This document shows, piece after piece, positions 25,725-36,109 of a DNA stretch of 64,000 nucleotides (its first letter is position 1; each line of letters opens with the position of its first letter). The notes under the pieces were generated by a model. That model ran no database searches. It saw nothing but the letters and a program-made list of their open reading frames with translations, and was not told where the DNA came from. A program made the position numbers and the translations under genes. This DNA is from Candidatus Latescibacterota bacterium (GTDB lineage Bacteria; Latescibacterota; UBA2968; UBA8231), in contig OZ253462.1 of NCBI GenBank assembly GCA_965261395.1, forward strand, positions 4,960,001 to 5,024,000. Direction: 5' to 3'.

Positions 25725-27601
25725 TTTACGACAAAGCGTATCAAGTCATCGTCGTCGGCGGCGGCCACGCCGGTACCGAGGCCGCACTCGCCGCGGCGCG
25801 CATGGGAGCCGAGACCCTGCTCCTAACTATGAACTTGGACACCATTGGCCAGCTATCCTGCAACCCGGCTATCGGCGGGATCGGCAAGGGACACATCGTC
25901 AAGGAAATCGACGCGCTCGGCGGCCAGATGGCCGTCAACATCGACCGCACTGGCATCCAATTCCGCCGCCTCAACACTTCGCGCGGACCAGCCGTGCGCG
26001 CCTCGCGGGCGCAAGCCGACAAAAAGGACTACCAATTTGAATTGAAGTACACCTGCGAACAGCAGGAGCATCTCGACATCCGCCAAGGCATGATGGAGAG
26101 CTTGCTGATCGAGGACGGAGCCGTCCAAGGCGTCGGCGTCAAGGGCGGTATCGCCTACCGCGGGCGCACCGTCATCCTCACGACCGGCACCTTCCTCCGA
26201 GGCAAAATCCACGTCGGCGATTTCTCCTATAGCGCCGGGCGCGCCGGTGAGACCGCGGCCGAAAAGGCCGCCGAGGGCTTGGTCGCACTCGGTTTTGAGA
26301 CTGGCCGGCTCAAAACCGGCACCCCACCGCGCGTCAACGGCCGCACCCTCGACTTTGCTGCGTTCGACGAACAGCCCGGCGACGACCCACCGCGCCCCTT
26401 TTCCTATGCGGTGCAAAAAATCACCCAGCCGCAAATGCCCTGCTGGATCACCTACACCAACGCCCACACCCACCAGATCGTCCAAGACAACCTATCGCGC
26501 TCGGCCATGTACAGCGGGCGCATCGAGGGCATCGGCCCGCGCTACTGCCCCTCCATAGAGGACAAAATCGCGCGCTTTGCCGACAAGGAGCGGCACCAAG
26601 TTTTCGTCGAGCCAGAGGGGCGTCGCACTCTTGAGTTTTATCTCAACGGCCTATCGATGAGCCTGCCGGAAGCCCTGCAACACCAGATCGTGCGCTCCCT
26701 GCCCGGCCTCGAACGGGCCGAGATCATGCGCCCGGCGTACGCGGTCGAATACGATTACGCCCCGCCGACCCAGCTCTACCCGCACCTAGAGACCAAGCGC
26801 GTGGCCAATCTCTTCTTCGCCGGCCAGATCAACGGCACCACCGGCTATGAAGAAGCCGCGGCCCAGGGGATCATGGCCGGCATCAACGCCGTGCTCAAGG
26901 CTCGCGGCGAAGACCCGCTCGTGCTCACGCGCGCCGATGCCTACATCGGCGTCCTCATCGACGACCTCGTGACCAAAGGCACCCTCGAACCGTACCGCAT
27001 CTTCACCTCGCGCGCCGAGTACCGCCTGCTCTTGCGCGAAGACAACGCCGACGACCGACTGATGGCCAAGGGCCGAGCGCTGGGGTTGGTCGGCGACGAC
27101 CTGTGGCATCGGTTTCAAACCAAGCGGCAACAGGTCGCTGCCGAGCGCGAACGCCTACAGCACGAGCGCGTCAAACCGACCGAAAAGGTGCGGGAAGTCT
27201 TGGCGCGGCAGGGCACCGCTCCCATCACCGAATCGACCTCGCTCGCCGAGTTGCTGCGCCGCCCCCAACTCACCTACGACCACCTCTGCGAATTCGCCCC
27301 GCCGCCACAACCCCTTTCCCCAGACGCGGCCGAACACGTCGAGGCCGAGATCAAATACGCGGGGTACATCAAGCGCCAAGAGACCCAAGCGCAAAAGCTC
27401 AAGCGCCTCGAATCCATGCGCCTGCCGACCGATTTTGACTTTGCCGTTCCCGGACTGAACATTTCGACCGAGGCGCGCCAAAAGCTCGCGGCGATCCGCC
27501 CGCAGACCCTAGGACAGGCTTCGCGCATTTCCGGGGTTTCGCCCGCGGATCTCGCTTCGCTCATGGTCTTCTTGCACGCCCGCACCCAATCCGCCAGCTA
27601 G
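25721..27601 (+). CDS. mnmG: tRNA uridine-5-carboxymethylaminomethyl(34) synthesis enzyme MnmG (GidA)
   Basis: [50 protein letters not shown] and [11 protein letters not shown] motifs. Confidence 0.97.
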   Translation: MIYDKAYQVIVVGGGHAGTEAALAAARMGAETLLLTMNLDTIGQLSCNPAIGGIGKGHIVKEIDALGGQMAVNIDRTGIQFRRLNTSRGPAVRASRAQADKKDYQFELKYTCEQQEHLDIRQGMMESLLIEDGAVQGVGVKGGIAYRGRTVILTTGTFLRGKIHVGDFSYSAGRAGETAAEKAAEGLVALGFETGRLKTGTPPRVNGRTLDFAAFDEQPGDDPPRPFSYAVQKITQPQMPCWITYTNAHTHQIVQDNLSRSAMYSGRIEGIGPRYCPSIEDKIARFADKERHQVFVEPEGRRTLEFYLNGLSMSLPEALQHQIVRSLPGLERAEIMRPAYAVEYDYAPPTQLYPHLETKRVANLFFAGQINGTTGYEEAAAQGIMAGINAVLKARGEDPLVLTRADAYIGVLIDDLVTKGTLEPYRIFTSRAEYRLLLREDNADDRLMAKGRALGLVGDDLWHRFQTKRQQVAAERERLQHERVKPTEKVREVLARQGTAPITESTSLAELLRRPQLTYDHLCEFAPPPQPLSPDAAEHVEAEIKYAGYIKRQETQAQKLKRLESMRLPTDFDFAVPGLNISTEARQKLAAIRPQTLGQASRISGVSPADLASLMVFLHARTQSAS

Positions 27602-27605
27602 CGGA

Positions 27606-27648
27606 CAAAAAAACGCCCCTGCACGGCAACAGCAGTGCAAGAGCGTCC
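27606..27648 (-). terminator. Intrinsic terminator for the convergent radC/DUF151 transcript
   Basis: Minus strand ggacgctcttgcac-loop-gtgcaggggcgt followed by a T run. Confidence 0.65.
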
Positions 27649-27673
27649 AAGCGCGGCGCGGCGAGAGCGCCCC

Positions 27674-28375
27674 TTATCCTTCGGACTCTAGCTCGCTGAT
27701 GCGGTCGCGGACCTTGGCCGCCTGCTCGTAGGCCTCTTGGGCGATGAGGTAGTCCAAGTGCGCCTTGAGCTGCTCCAACTGGCTTATCGGCTCGCCCGTC
27801 TGCGGATCCACAAACGCCTCCGACTGCTTCGCGGCACTTTCGTGCTCAGTTGCTTCATCCTCTGCGGGCGCATCTGGATCCTCCTCGGGTACAGCCGCTT
27901 GTTCGCCCTCGGCCCCTTCGCGCTGGTCGGAGTGCTCCAGCGGCTGGCCAGCCGCCTCCATTACCTCTGGGGTCATGAAGAGCGGCACGCCCAAGAGCGT
28001 GGCCAAGATCATGCCGTCGCTGGGGCGGCAGTCGAGGTAGAAGGACTGGCCCTGGGCCTGGACCAGCAGGTAGGCGTGGAAAACGTCTTCTTTGAGTGTG
28101 TGGACCACCAGCTTGTGGACCACAGCGTTGATTCGCTTGAGCAGGTTGCACAACAGATCGTGCGGCAACGGCCGCGGCAAGGCAATTTTGCGGATGGCCA
28201 TGGCGAGGGCTTGACCCTCAAAATGGCCGATCGTGATGGGCACCACAGTGTTTTCCGTGCCCTTGATCAAGACCAAAAACTTCTGCGGGATGCCCAAGCC
28301 CTGCTCCGCGTCTGGATAGGGGTACATGTCGAAAATGTACACCGGAATTAGATGGCTTTCTTCGTCTTTCATCAC
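27674..28375 (-). CDS. Bifunctional nuclease (DUF151) family protein with C-terminal UVR domain
   Basis: PITIGHFEG, RPLPHDL and LDCRPSD motifs; EAYEQAAKVRDRI UVR motif. Confidence 0.85.
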   Translation of the reverse strand: MMKDEESHLIPVYIFDMYPYPDAEQGLGIPQKFLVLIKGTENTVVPITIGHFEGQALAMAIRKIALPRPLPHDLLCNLLKRINAVVHKLVVHTLKEDVFHAYLLVQAQGQSFYLDCRPSDGMILATLLGVPLFMTPEVMEAAGQPLEHSDQREGAEGEQAAVPEEDPDAPAEDEATEHESAAKQSEAFVDPQTGEPISQLEQLKAHLDYLIAQEAYEQAAKVRDRISELESEG

Positions 28376-28445
28376 TCCCGTACCCTCGTATAGATTGCTG
28401 TATTCGTCAGTAATATAGGCTTTTGCCGGGCAAATACAATTTTCT

Positions 28446-29165
28446 TTAGATCAAGCCGCGCTCCTTCAAGCTAAGGAAATCGTCGCTGCCGATGATGAGG
28501 TGGTCGAGCACGTCAATGCCCATGATTTCGCCGGCCTGCACCAAGCGCCGCGTCAGGTTGATGTCGTCCTGGCTGGGCGACACGTCGCCGGAGGGATGGT
28601 TGTGCGCCAAGATCAAGCTGGCCGCAGCCTGCGATACGGCCGTGCGAAAGACCTCGCGCGGATGCACGATAGCCGAAGATAGACTGCCGATGGACACGAC
28701 CTCCTTGTGGATCACCTGATTGCGGGCGTTGAGATACAGGCAGAGGAAGTGCTCGCGCTGCTGATCCTTGATATCGGACAGCATCGACAGTGCGTCGCCG
28801 GGCGCACTAATCACCGGCCGCACCCCTAAGCCCTTGTGCAACCCGCGACGTGCCAGTTCAAACGCCGCGACTAAGACCCCGGACTTGGCCTTGCCCAGCC
28901 CCTTAATCCGGCTCAATTCCCCTATATCCATATCCACCAGCGATTCCTTGGGGTAATCGGCGAGGATGCCCTCGGCTAAGTCCATCACGTGCCGACCGCG
29001 ATACCCCGTCCCCAAGGCCACGGCCAACAGCTCTTGATCCTTGAGCGCCTGCGGACCCAAGCGCGCGAGCCGCTCCCTTGGCAGTTCGTCGGGGCGGAAG
29101 AGTGGCCCCTCGCCCACGGTGCGGGCGGCAAAGTCGTAGTCAATGGGCTGAGTTTGCGTTGGCAC
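28446..29165 (-). CDS. radC: RadC/UPF0758 JAB-domain protein
   Basis: PRERL..LG...L.D.EL, VHPREVF, HNHPSG..PS..D and LDHLII motifs; GTG start after AAGGAGG. Confidence 0.93.
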   Translation of the reverse strand: MPTQTQPIDYDFAARTVGEGPLFRPDELPRERLARLGPQALKDQELLAVALGTGYRGRHVMDLAEGILADYPKESLVDMDIGELSRIKGLGKAKSGVLVAAFELARRGLHKGLGVRPVISAPGDALSMLSDIKDQQREHFLCLYLNARNQVIHKEVVSIGSLSSAIVHPREVFRTAVSQAAASLILAHNHPSGDVSPSQDDINLTRRLVQAGEIMGIDVLDHLIIGSDDFLSLKERGLI

Positions 29166-29338
29166 GGTGCGTTCCTCCTTGGGCAAAGCTGTAGCAAAAA
29201 AACCACGCGACTGTAGCGTCCAGCTCCCACGAGCCACCGGGCACTAGACGCAACCGACGTAATAAGCAGAATCTGTGCCAGCACCTTGCTTTGCCCCGAC
29301 CCCCCTCCTATATTTTTTCGCATTACCCCCCATTGCCG

Positions 29339-31777
29339 ATGTCTAACCCACGCTTGGTCCTAGCCCCAACCCCGCTTTACCGCCTGCTGCTCGCCGCACT
29401 GAGCGGGGCCTTACTCTCGTTGGCCTTTCCCAGTCACCCTGACCACCCTCTCGCCTTTCTCTATCATCCGGTCTGGGCCCATTTTGCGCTGGTGCCTTTG
29501 CTGCTCGCACTGCAAGGTCGCGGCTTCAAAGCCGGCTTTGCCTCGGGTTGGATCAGCGGCTTGGTCTGGAATCTGCTGTCCCTGTACTGGGTGGCCTATA
29601 CCCAAGGCGGGGGCCTCGCCGTGGTCGGGGGCACCGGGCTGATGGCCGCTTATTTGGGCCTTTTTACTGGTCTCTGCATCGGGCTGTTCAACGTGCTCGC
29701 CGCGCGGTGGGGCGCAAAGGCACTCGTGCTGCTGCCTTTGTTGTGGACCGGGCAGGAATATCTGCTCTCCCTCGGGGAGTTGGGGTTTCCCTGGCTCTTG
29801 CTGGGGCACAGCCAAGCAGCCCTGCCCCACTTCATCCAGTACGCCACCTGGACCGGCGTCTTTGGCGTCTCCTGTTGGGTCGTCGGCCTCAACGCGCTGT
29901 TTTACTTGGCGCTCGTCGAGCGGCGCGTCTTCCTCGGGGGCGTTGCCTTGGGCTATCTCTTGCCTTGGCTCCACGCTCAGAGCGCGCTGGCTGCGCCCGT
30001 TCCGGCCGAGGGCCTGCGCATCGGCCTGATCCAACCGAACACCACGTACGCCGACAAGTGGGGGCCCAACGGGCTGGAGCGCACTTTTTCAACCCTCGCC
30101 GCGCTCTCGCGCCAAGCGGCCAAGCGCGATCCCGAACTGCTGGTCTGGCCCGAAACCGCCTTGCCGTGCGATCCCGTGCGCCGGGCTGGTTGCCGAGGCC
30201 GCGTCCAAGCGCTCGTCGAGGAGCTGGACATTTCCCTGCTGACCGGCGCGCCGCACGCGAACTACAACGCGGCCTTCTTCGTACAACCTGGGGCCACAGC
30301 CCTGCCTTCGTACGCCAAGATGCACTTAGTGCCCTTTGGCGAGCGAACGCCCTACCGAGACGCCATCCCCTTGCTGCGCGACATCGACTGGTCCCGCCTG
30401 ACCGGCGACCTCGGCCCGGCGGAATTTTCGCGCGGCACGGAGCACGCGGTTTTTGCCCATCCCCGACACCCCTTTGCCGTACTCATCTGCTTTGAGTCTA
30501 TCTTTCCCGATCTGGTGCGCCAGCACGTAGCGGCTGGGGCTCGCGTGCTGGTCAACATTACCAATGACTCGTGGTTTGGCCGCAGCGCGGGACCCTACCA
30601 ACACGCCCTCATCAACGCCATGCGCGCCGTTGAAAACCGCACGGCCATCGCCCGCGCCGCCACCTCCGGCATCTCCCTGTTCATCGACCCGTTTGGCCGC
30701 ACCTACGAGGCGACCGACCTCTTCACACCCGCGATCGCGGTCGCCACCGTGCCGGTCGGCCAGCCTACGACTTTCTACACCCGGCACGGCGACTTCTTCG
30801 CCTGGGGCTGCCTACTGATCTCCCTAGGTGCCTTCGCCGCCCTTTTCCGCAAGCCGCGACCCACCCGCGAGGCAGCAGAAGCTGACCTCGACTCAGAAGT
30901 TCAACACGAACCAGAAGCTGACCTCGATCCAGAAGCTAACCATGACCCAGACCCGCCCCGGGAAAACAACATGCCCTTTCTCGACCACCTCGAAGAACTT
31001 CGCTGGCGCATTCTCAAGGCTCTAGGTGCGCTCGTCGTAGGCGCGGCGATTTGCTTCGCCCTCTCCGACTCAATCGTGCAGATCTTGACCCGGCCGTACG
31101 AAGAAGCCGTCTTCAGCTTGGAGAACCAGCAATCCTCGGGCGCGGTGCAGTTGGTGCGCCAGTGGTTGGGCCTGTCCGATGCTGCGCCGGAGCCGGACGC
31201 GCCAATCGCCGACCTGCCTCCGGCGCGTCGTCTGCAATCCCTCCGACCCATGACCTACTTCTTCATCAGTCTGCAAATCGCCTTTGTTGGCGGGCTGCTA
31301 TTGGCGCTGCCCGCCCTCTTCTACCAAGCCTGGCGCTTTGTCGCCCCAGGGCTTTTGCAGCGCGAGAAACGGCTCATGGTGCCCATTATCTCGCTGAGCG
31401 TCTTCTGCTTTTCGGTCGGCGCGATGATCGCCTATTACATCGTCCTCCCGCTCGGGCTGCGCTTTTTTCTCTCGCTAGAGCCGCCCGACATGACCTCGCA
31501 ATGGGCGGCCGACGAGTACATCGGCTTTGTGCTGCGGCTGATCGCCGGCTTTGGCATTGTCTTTGAGATGCCGGTGCTGTCGCTCTTTTTGGCCAAGGTC
31601 GGCGTGCTGACCGCCGCGCGGATGCGCCACATTCGCCGCTATGCCATCATCGGCATCTTCGTCCTCGGCGCGATCTTCACACCGCCCGACCCAGTCTCCC
31701 AGATCCTGATGGCCCTGCCCCTGCTCCTGCTCTACGAAATCAGCATCTGGGTCTGCAAAATCTCCGAGCGCAAATAA
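29339..31777 (+). CDS. lnt-tatC: Fusion protein: apolipoprotein N-acyltransferase (Lnt) + twin-arginine translocase subunit TatC
   Basis: Single uninterrupted ORF. Lnt triad WPE / YAKMHLVPFGE / ICFES plus TNDSWF and MRAVEN; then TatC motifs MPFLDHLEELR, WRFVAPGL...EK, FEMP, TPPD and LLYE. Confidence 0.9.
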   Translation: MSNPRLVLAPTPLYRLLLAALSGALLSLAFPSHPDHPLAFLYHPVWAHFALVPLLLALQGRGFKAGFASGWISGLVWNLLSLYWVAYTQGGGLAVVGGTGLMAAYLGLFTGLCIGLFNVLAARWGAKALVLLPLLWTGQEYLLSLGELGFPWLLLGHSQAALPHFIQYATWTGVFGVSCWVVGLNALFYLALVERRVFLGGVALGYLLPWLHAQSALAAPVPAEGLRIGLIQPNTTYADKWGPNGLERTFSTLAALSRQAAKRDPELLVWPETALPCDPVRRAGCRGRVQALVEELDISLLTGAPHANYNAAFFVQPGATALPSYAKMHLVPFGERTPYRDAIPLLRDIDWSRLTGDLGPAEFSRGTEHAVFAHPRHPFAVLICFESIFPDLVRQHVAAGARVLVNITNDSWFGRSAGPYQHALINAMRAVENRTAIARAATSGISLFIDPFGRTYEATDLFTPAIAVATVPVGQPTTFYTRHGDFFAWGCLLISLGAFAALFRKPRPTREAAEADLDSEVQHEPEADLDPEANHDPDPPRENNMPFLDHLEELRWRILKALGALVVGAAICFALSDSIVQILTRPYEEAVFSLENQQSSGAVQLVRQWLGLSDAAPEPDAPIADLPPARRLQSLRPMTYFFISLQIAFVGGLLLALPALFYQAWRFVAPGLLQREKRLMVPIISLSVFCFSVGAMIAYYIVLPLGLRFFLSLEPPDMTSQWAADEYIGFVLRLIAGFGIVFEMPVLSLFLAKVGVLTAARMRHIRRYAIIGIFVLGAIFTPPDPVSQILMALPLLLLYEISIWVCKISERK
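30876..30947 (+). repeat. Tandem repeat (2x36 bp, built from 18-bp subunits) encoding the acidic Lnt-TatC linker
   Basis: cagaagctgacctcgact-cagaagttcaacacgaac-cagaagctgacctcgatc-cagaagctaaccatgacc. Confidence 0.85.
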
Positions 31778-31916
31778 ATTCTCTTCATCCGCCTCGGCGG
31801 GCGGCTACAACCCCAAAACGCTATCCGCATTTGCAGAAGACCTGACCTATGGACGGGATTTCCAAGGTTGCCAGGTGGCAGCAGAGGTGCGTTGAGGGGT
31901 TAAAAGAAGACGAGAG

Positions 31917-32793
31917 ATGGGAGATGGAGATATGGACACAGCCGTTCGATTCATGCTCGCGTCGATTGCGCTCCTCGCAATAGTCAACCACGCGCACGCA
32001 AATACGGGCCGCGACGACGCCGAGGTCGTTTTGGAAGCCGGCGAGATCGACAGCAGCACGGTGGCAGTAGGTACCTTCGTCGTGGTCGTCTATGAACGGG
32101 AAGAACCACCGCAGTCGCTCTCGGGGGCTTGGGCTAAGCTGGATACGACGAGAGGCTACATTAAAGCCGTGGACCGGCAGGGATTGCTCCTGTCCCTAAA
32201 AGGCTGGCCGCAGAGGATCGCCTTGGATCGGATTCAAACGCTGACCCCAAAAATCAGCGAGTCGAGACACTACAAGGATTCAAGCGATACTGGACACCCT
32301 TTCGGCGAGAATGAGAAAAGGGAACTACACGGATACCAGTGAGCGGATTGGCCGAAAGTTGGGGTCCGGAATGCAATCGGGGCTTTTGTGTATCTTGCCA
32401 AGTGCTTTGTTGTTGGGCTCTATTCTGGCTAAAAAAGCCAACTGCCCCTTAGGGGAGATATTGTGTGGACTAGAATCTTCTATTCTCGGTGGATATATAG
32501 GCTACGTGGTTGGAGTACCCATCGGGGTAAGCGCATTGGATCGACACGATTATTTTCGATCGTTGGCCTTTTCGCTGAGTGGTAGCTTCTTAGGGGCTGG
32601 CATAGGCTTAGTGCTGATCCAAAGATATGAATTTTTGGGTCCCTTCCTTGTTATCGCCCCGCCTGCCATGGCTACGCTCGCGTCCGAATGGTTTCGCAAT
32701 CCACCGGAAGTCTCCCAAGCCCACCGATTCTCCGTCGGTCTGGTACCGAACCCCAAGGGACACCTGTCAGCCGTCGCCACGCTACGCTTCTGA
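31917..32793 (+). pseudogene. Probable frameshifted hypothetical secreted/membrane protein (ORFs 31917..32342 and 32311..32793)
   Basis: ORF1 carries the signal peptide. The ORF2 frame opens at 32245, at a CCCCAAAAA run, and ends in glycine-rich helices and a LRF tail. Confidence 0.45.
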
Positions 32794-32933
32794 ACGATGC
32801 GCTAAAAAATTGCCCACTCCAGTAGCGGAGCGGGTTTGTAGGTTTATCACTGGGCACATAACAGCAAACTCGACTATTTTATGCCCTCAAAATGGCCAGA
32901 GGCCAATCTGCAAAACACCCGAAAGGATTTCTC

Positions 32934-33950
32934 ATGGATGCCAAAGCGCTCATCTGCAACGAACAGCAAAATTTCGCGCTGACTGCGGTCGTGCTGAACG
33001 ATCCCGCCCCCGACCAAGTCGCGATCCGCACCCATTTCACCGGGGTCAGTATCGGCACCGAGTTCGGACTGATCAGCGGCAAGATCAGCAAGATGAACCG
33101 CAACCCCTTTCCGTTGTGCACCGGCTATCAGGGCACGGGCACCATAGAAGCCGTCGGAGCCGACATCGACAATTTTGCGGTCGGCGACGAAGTGTACTTT
33201 CGCGGCAATGACGCGATGAGGCTGGCCGACGGGACGCAGGTCGGGTGCGTTTCCGGCGGGCATTGCAGTCGCGTCGTGACCCGGCCCAATACCACGCATG
33301 GCGTGGCCAAGATGGTGCCCGGGGCGGGAATGGATGTGGCGAGTTTGTTTGTGATGCCGGCAGTGGGGCTCTATGGCGTCGATATGGCCAATCCGCGGAT
33401 GGGAGATACGGTGGTGGTACACGGGGTGGGGATGATTGGCTTAGGAGTGGTGGCGGCTTGCGCACAGCGAGGGTGCGTGGTGGTGGCAGTGGACATTGAT
33501 GAAAAACCGCTGGTGGTCGCCAAGGCGCTGGGAGCGGATCATGCAATCAATGGCAAAAAGCAGGACGTGGCCGCTGTAGTACGGGAGATCACACCCGAAG
33601 GCGCCGATGTGGTATTCGAGTGCACCGGGCATCCGCAGTGCATTGATCCGGCGATTGCCCTCTGTCGGCGGTTTGGGTCTTTCGTCTGGCAGGGCCACTA
33701 CGGGGACGATCCGGTCGCCCTGGACTTTCCTACGCCGCATGGCAAGCGGCTACAGATGTTTTTCCCCTGCGACGACGGCTGGCAGCCCTGCCGCCGCGCT
33801 GTGATCAAGAACATGGCCATGGGAGCGCTCAAGTGGGAACACTGCATTACTCATCGGATAGGGTGCGCCGAGATGCCGGCGATGTTCGAGCGCATTAAGC
33901 GGGAGCGGGATGGGGATATCGTCGGGGTGGTCGTCGATTGGCGGGATTGA
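32934..33950 (+). CDS. Zinc-binding (MDR family) dehydrogenase
   Basis: GVSIGTE, GYQGTG, HGVGMIG Rossmann motif, DVVFECTG and ITHR. Confidence 0.85.
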   Translation: MDAKALICNEQQNFALTAVVLNDPAPDQVAIRTHFTGVSIGTEFGLISGKISKMNRNPFPLCTGYQGTGTIEAVGADIDNFAVGDEVYFRGNDAMRLADGTQVGCVSGGHCSRVVTRPNTTHGVAKMVPGAGMDVASLFVMPAVGLYGVDMANPRMGDTVVVHGVGMIGLGVVAACAQRGCVVVAVDIDEKPLVVAKALGADHAINGKKQDVAAVVREITPEGADVVFECTGHPQCIDPAIALCRRFGSFVWQGHYGDDPVALDFPTPHGKRLQMFFPCDDGWQPCRRAVIKNMAMGALKWEHCITHRIGCAEMPAMFERIKRERDGDIVGVVVDWRD

Positions 33951-34103
33951 GGGGCCGCTTGTCAGCTATCTCCACGCTGCGCTTCTGAACGGTGCAGCGG
34001 TGAGACCCTATCACCAGCCAAAACGCGCCGTTTGTTCGCCATATCCCTAGCGAGTGCATATATTCGCTACTTCCGATTTTACCCCGTTTTGAGGAGCCAG
34101 ACC

Positions 34104-34901
34104 ATGCGCCAAACATCAACCCGCATCGGCCTGATCGGCTACGGCCAGATCGGCCAAGTCGTCCACCAGATGATAGAAGCTGACGCAGACAACGGCATGG
34201 AAGTCGTCTTCGTCCACGATCAAATGGCCGCGGCCGTCCAAGACCTCCCCGCCGACCTCTGTCTAGCGGATTTGGGCGACTTTGAGTCGCGGCAGCCCGA
34301 CCTCGTCGTCGAGATGGCCCACCCAGCCGTCACCCGCCAGTGGGGACAGACGATCCTCGAAAAAACCAACTACATGTTCATCTCGGTGACCGCCCTCGCC
34401 GACCCAGCCATCGAAGCCACCATTGAAGAGACGACCCGCCGCGCCGGCACCCGCGCCTTCGTCCCGCACGGAGGCGTGGTCGGCATGGACGCGCTGTTGG
34501 AAAACCGCGACGTGTGGGAGTCGGTCGATGTGGTGATGAAAAAGCCCCCGCACAACGTCGATTGCGCCGCCGCCGGCCTCGATCCCGACGACATCAAAGA
34601 AGAAACGGTCCTCTACGACGGCCCGACGCGCGGCATCTGCCCGCTCTTCCCGCGCAACGTCAACACCCACGCGGCCATCGCGTACGCCGGCATTGGCTTC
34701 GACCGCACGCACTCGCTGCTGCTGGTAAGCCCGGAGTGGAGCGAAGCCGTCGTCGAAATCCACGCCCAAGGCCCAGGCCTCGACCTCAAGGTCGCACGCA
34801 GCGAAGGCATCACCGGGGTCACCGGGGCCTCGACGCCGGTCTCCATCTACAACACCGTGCAGATGATTGGCGCGACCGGCCCGGGCATCCACATCCGATG
34901 A
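34104..34901 (+). CDS. Aspartate dehydrogenase-like protein (NadX/DUF108 family)
   Basis: IGLIGYGQIG, DLVVEMAHP, PHGGVVGMD and FPRNVNTHAA motifs. Confidence 0.75.
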   Translation: MRQTSTRIGLIGYGQIGQVVHQMIEADADNGMEVVFVHDQMAAAVQDLPADLCLADLGDFESRQPDLVVEMAHPAVTRQWGQTILEKTNYMFISVTALADPAIEATIEETTRRAGTRAFVPHGGVVGMDALLENRDVWESVDVVMKKPPHNVDCAAAGLDPDDIKEETVLYDGPTRGICPLFPRNVNTHAAIAYAGIGFDRTHSLLLVSPEWSEAVVEIHAQGPGLDLKVARSEGITGVTGASTPVSIYNTVQMIGATGPGIHIR

Positions 34902-36055
34902 AGCCTTTCGCCCGTATCCCCGCGTCCATTCCACGCTCGGGCATCCGCGAGATCATGGACTTGGCCTGGGACGTCGAGAAGACGGGCGAGGTCATCCACC
35001 TCGAAGTCGGGCAACCCGATTTTGCCACGCCAGCGTCCATTGTCGAAGCCACCTGCCGCTACGCGCGCGCCGGCCACACCAAGTACGTGCCCAACCCCGG
35101 AGTCGATGCTTTGCGCGCGGCCGCGGCACGCCACTTCGAGCGCCGCACCGGCGTGCCAACCACCAGCGAAAACATCCTCGTAACCCCCGGGGCGGTCATG
35201 AGCGTGGCGACCGCTTTCCTAGCCCTGCTCGAACCGGGCGACGAGGTCCTGTTACCCGACCCAGGCTGGCCCAACTACCAAATGGCCGTCTCCATCGTCC
35301 ACGGCCAACCCGTCTTTTATAATCTGCGGGCGGAAAACCACTTTCTGCCCGACCTCGACGAGATCGACCGCCTAGTCAGCCCCCGCACCAAACTCCTGCT
35401 CCTCTGCACGCCCTCCAACCCCACCGGCCAAGTGTACGACGAGGCCCTGATGCGCCAGCTCATGGACTTGGCCCAACGCCACAACTTGTGGGTGCTGTCC
35501 GACGAGATCTACGGTCAGATCGTCTTCGACCAACCGCATCAGAGCGCGCTGCCGCACGACGCCGACGGGCGTGCCATCGTCGTCTCCGGCATGTCCAAAA
35601 GCTACGCCATGACCGGCTACCGAGTGGGCTTTACCCGCGCCAATCCCGAATACATCGAACTGGCCGCCAAGCTGCAAGAGCCTTTCGTCTCGTGCGGCAC
35701 GGGCTTTTCGCAGTTGGCTTCCGCCGACGCGCTCGACGGCCCGCAAGACGAAGTAGAAGCCATGTGCCGCGCCTATGCGCGCCGCCGCGACATCGCCCTC
35801 GATGTCCTGCACCAGTACGGCCGCTACCGCTACACCCCGGGCGGCGCGATCTACCTGATGATCGACATCTCGGCAGCCGGCATGGACTCCGGCGAATTCG
35901 CCATCCGGCTGCTCAAAGAACAGCGCGTGGCCGTGGCCCCAGGCAGCACCTTCGGCCAGATGTGCCGCGACCACGTGCGCATCTCCATCGCCGCCTCCGA
36001 AGAACACATCCACCGCGGCGTGACCACCCTTTGCGAATTCGCGCAACAGGTGTAG
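34898..36055 (+). CDS. PLP-dependent aminotransferase class I/II
   Basis: GQPDF, PSNPTG, SDEIY and SKSYAMTGYRVG (PLP lysine); ATGA overlap with the previous gene. Confidence 0.92.
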   Translation: MKPFARIPASIPRSGIREIMDLAWDVEKTGEVIHLEVGQPDFATPASIVEATCRYARAGHTKYVPNPGVDALRAAAARHFERRTGVPTTSENILVTPGAVMSVATAFLALLEPGDEVLLPDPGWPNYQMAVSIVHGQPVFYNLRAENHFLPDLDEIDRLVSPRTKLLLLCTPSNPTGQVYDEALMRQLMDLAQRHNLWVLSDEIYGQIVFDQPHQSALPHDADGRAIVVSGMSKSYAMTGYRVGFTRANPEYIELAAKLQEPFVSCGTGFSQLASADALDGPQDEVEAMCRAYARRRDIALDVLHQYGRYRYTPGGAIYLMIDISAAGMDSGEFAIRLLKEQRVAVAPGSTFGQMCRDHVRISIAASEEHIHRGVTTLCEFAQQV

Positions 36056-36083
36056 GGGGCGGTTTACAAACCGCCCCCTACAC
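36050..36083. repeat. GTAG-type REP-like palindrome (16-bp perfect arms)
   Basis: gtgtagggggcggttt-ac-aaaccgccccctacac; supplies the TAG stop of the aminotransferase. Confidence 0.75.
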
Positions 36084-36109
36084 ATTAAAAAATCAGAGGA
36101 AAATCCGTT

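Noticed and set aside
28396-28412. SOS-like site upstream of the DUF151 gene (ctgtattcgtcag)
   Set aside because: The spacing is CTG-N7-CAG rather than N10, so it does not match the boxes at 46133-46181.
28446-29165. radC as a marker of a mobile element
   Set aside because: It is the full-length chromosomal type with an N-terminal HhH region, and its neighbours are housekeeping genes.
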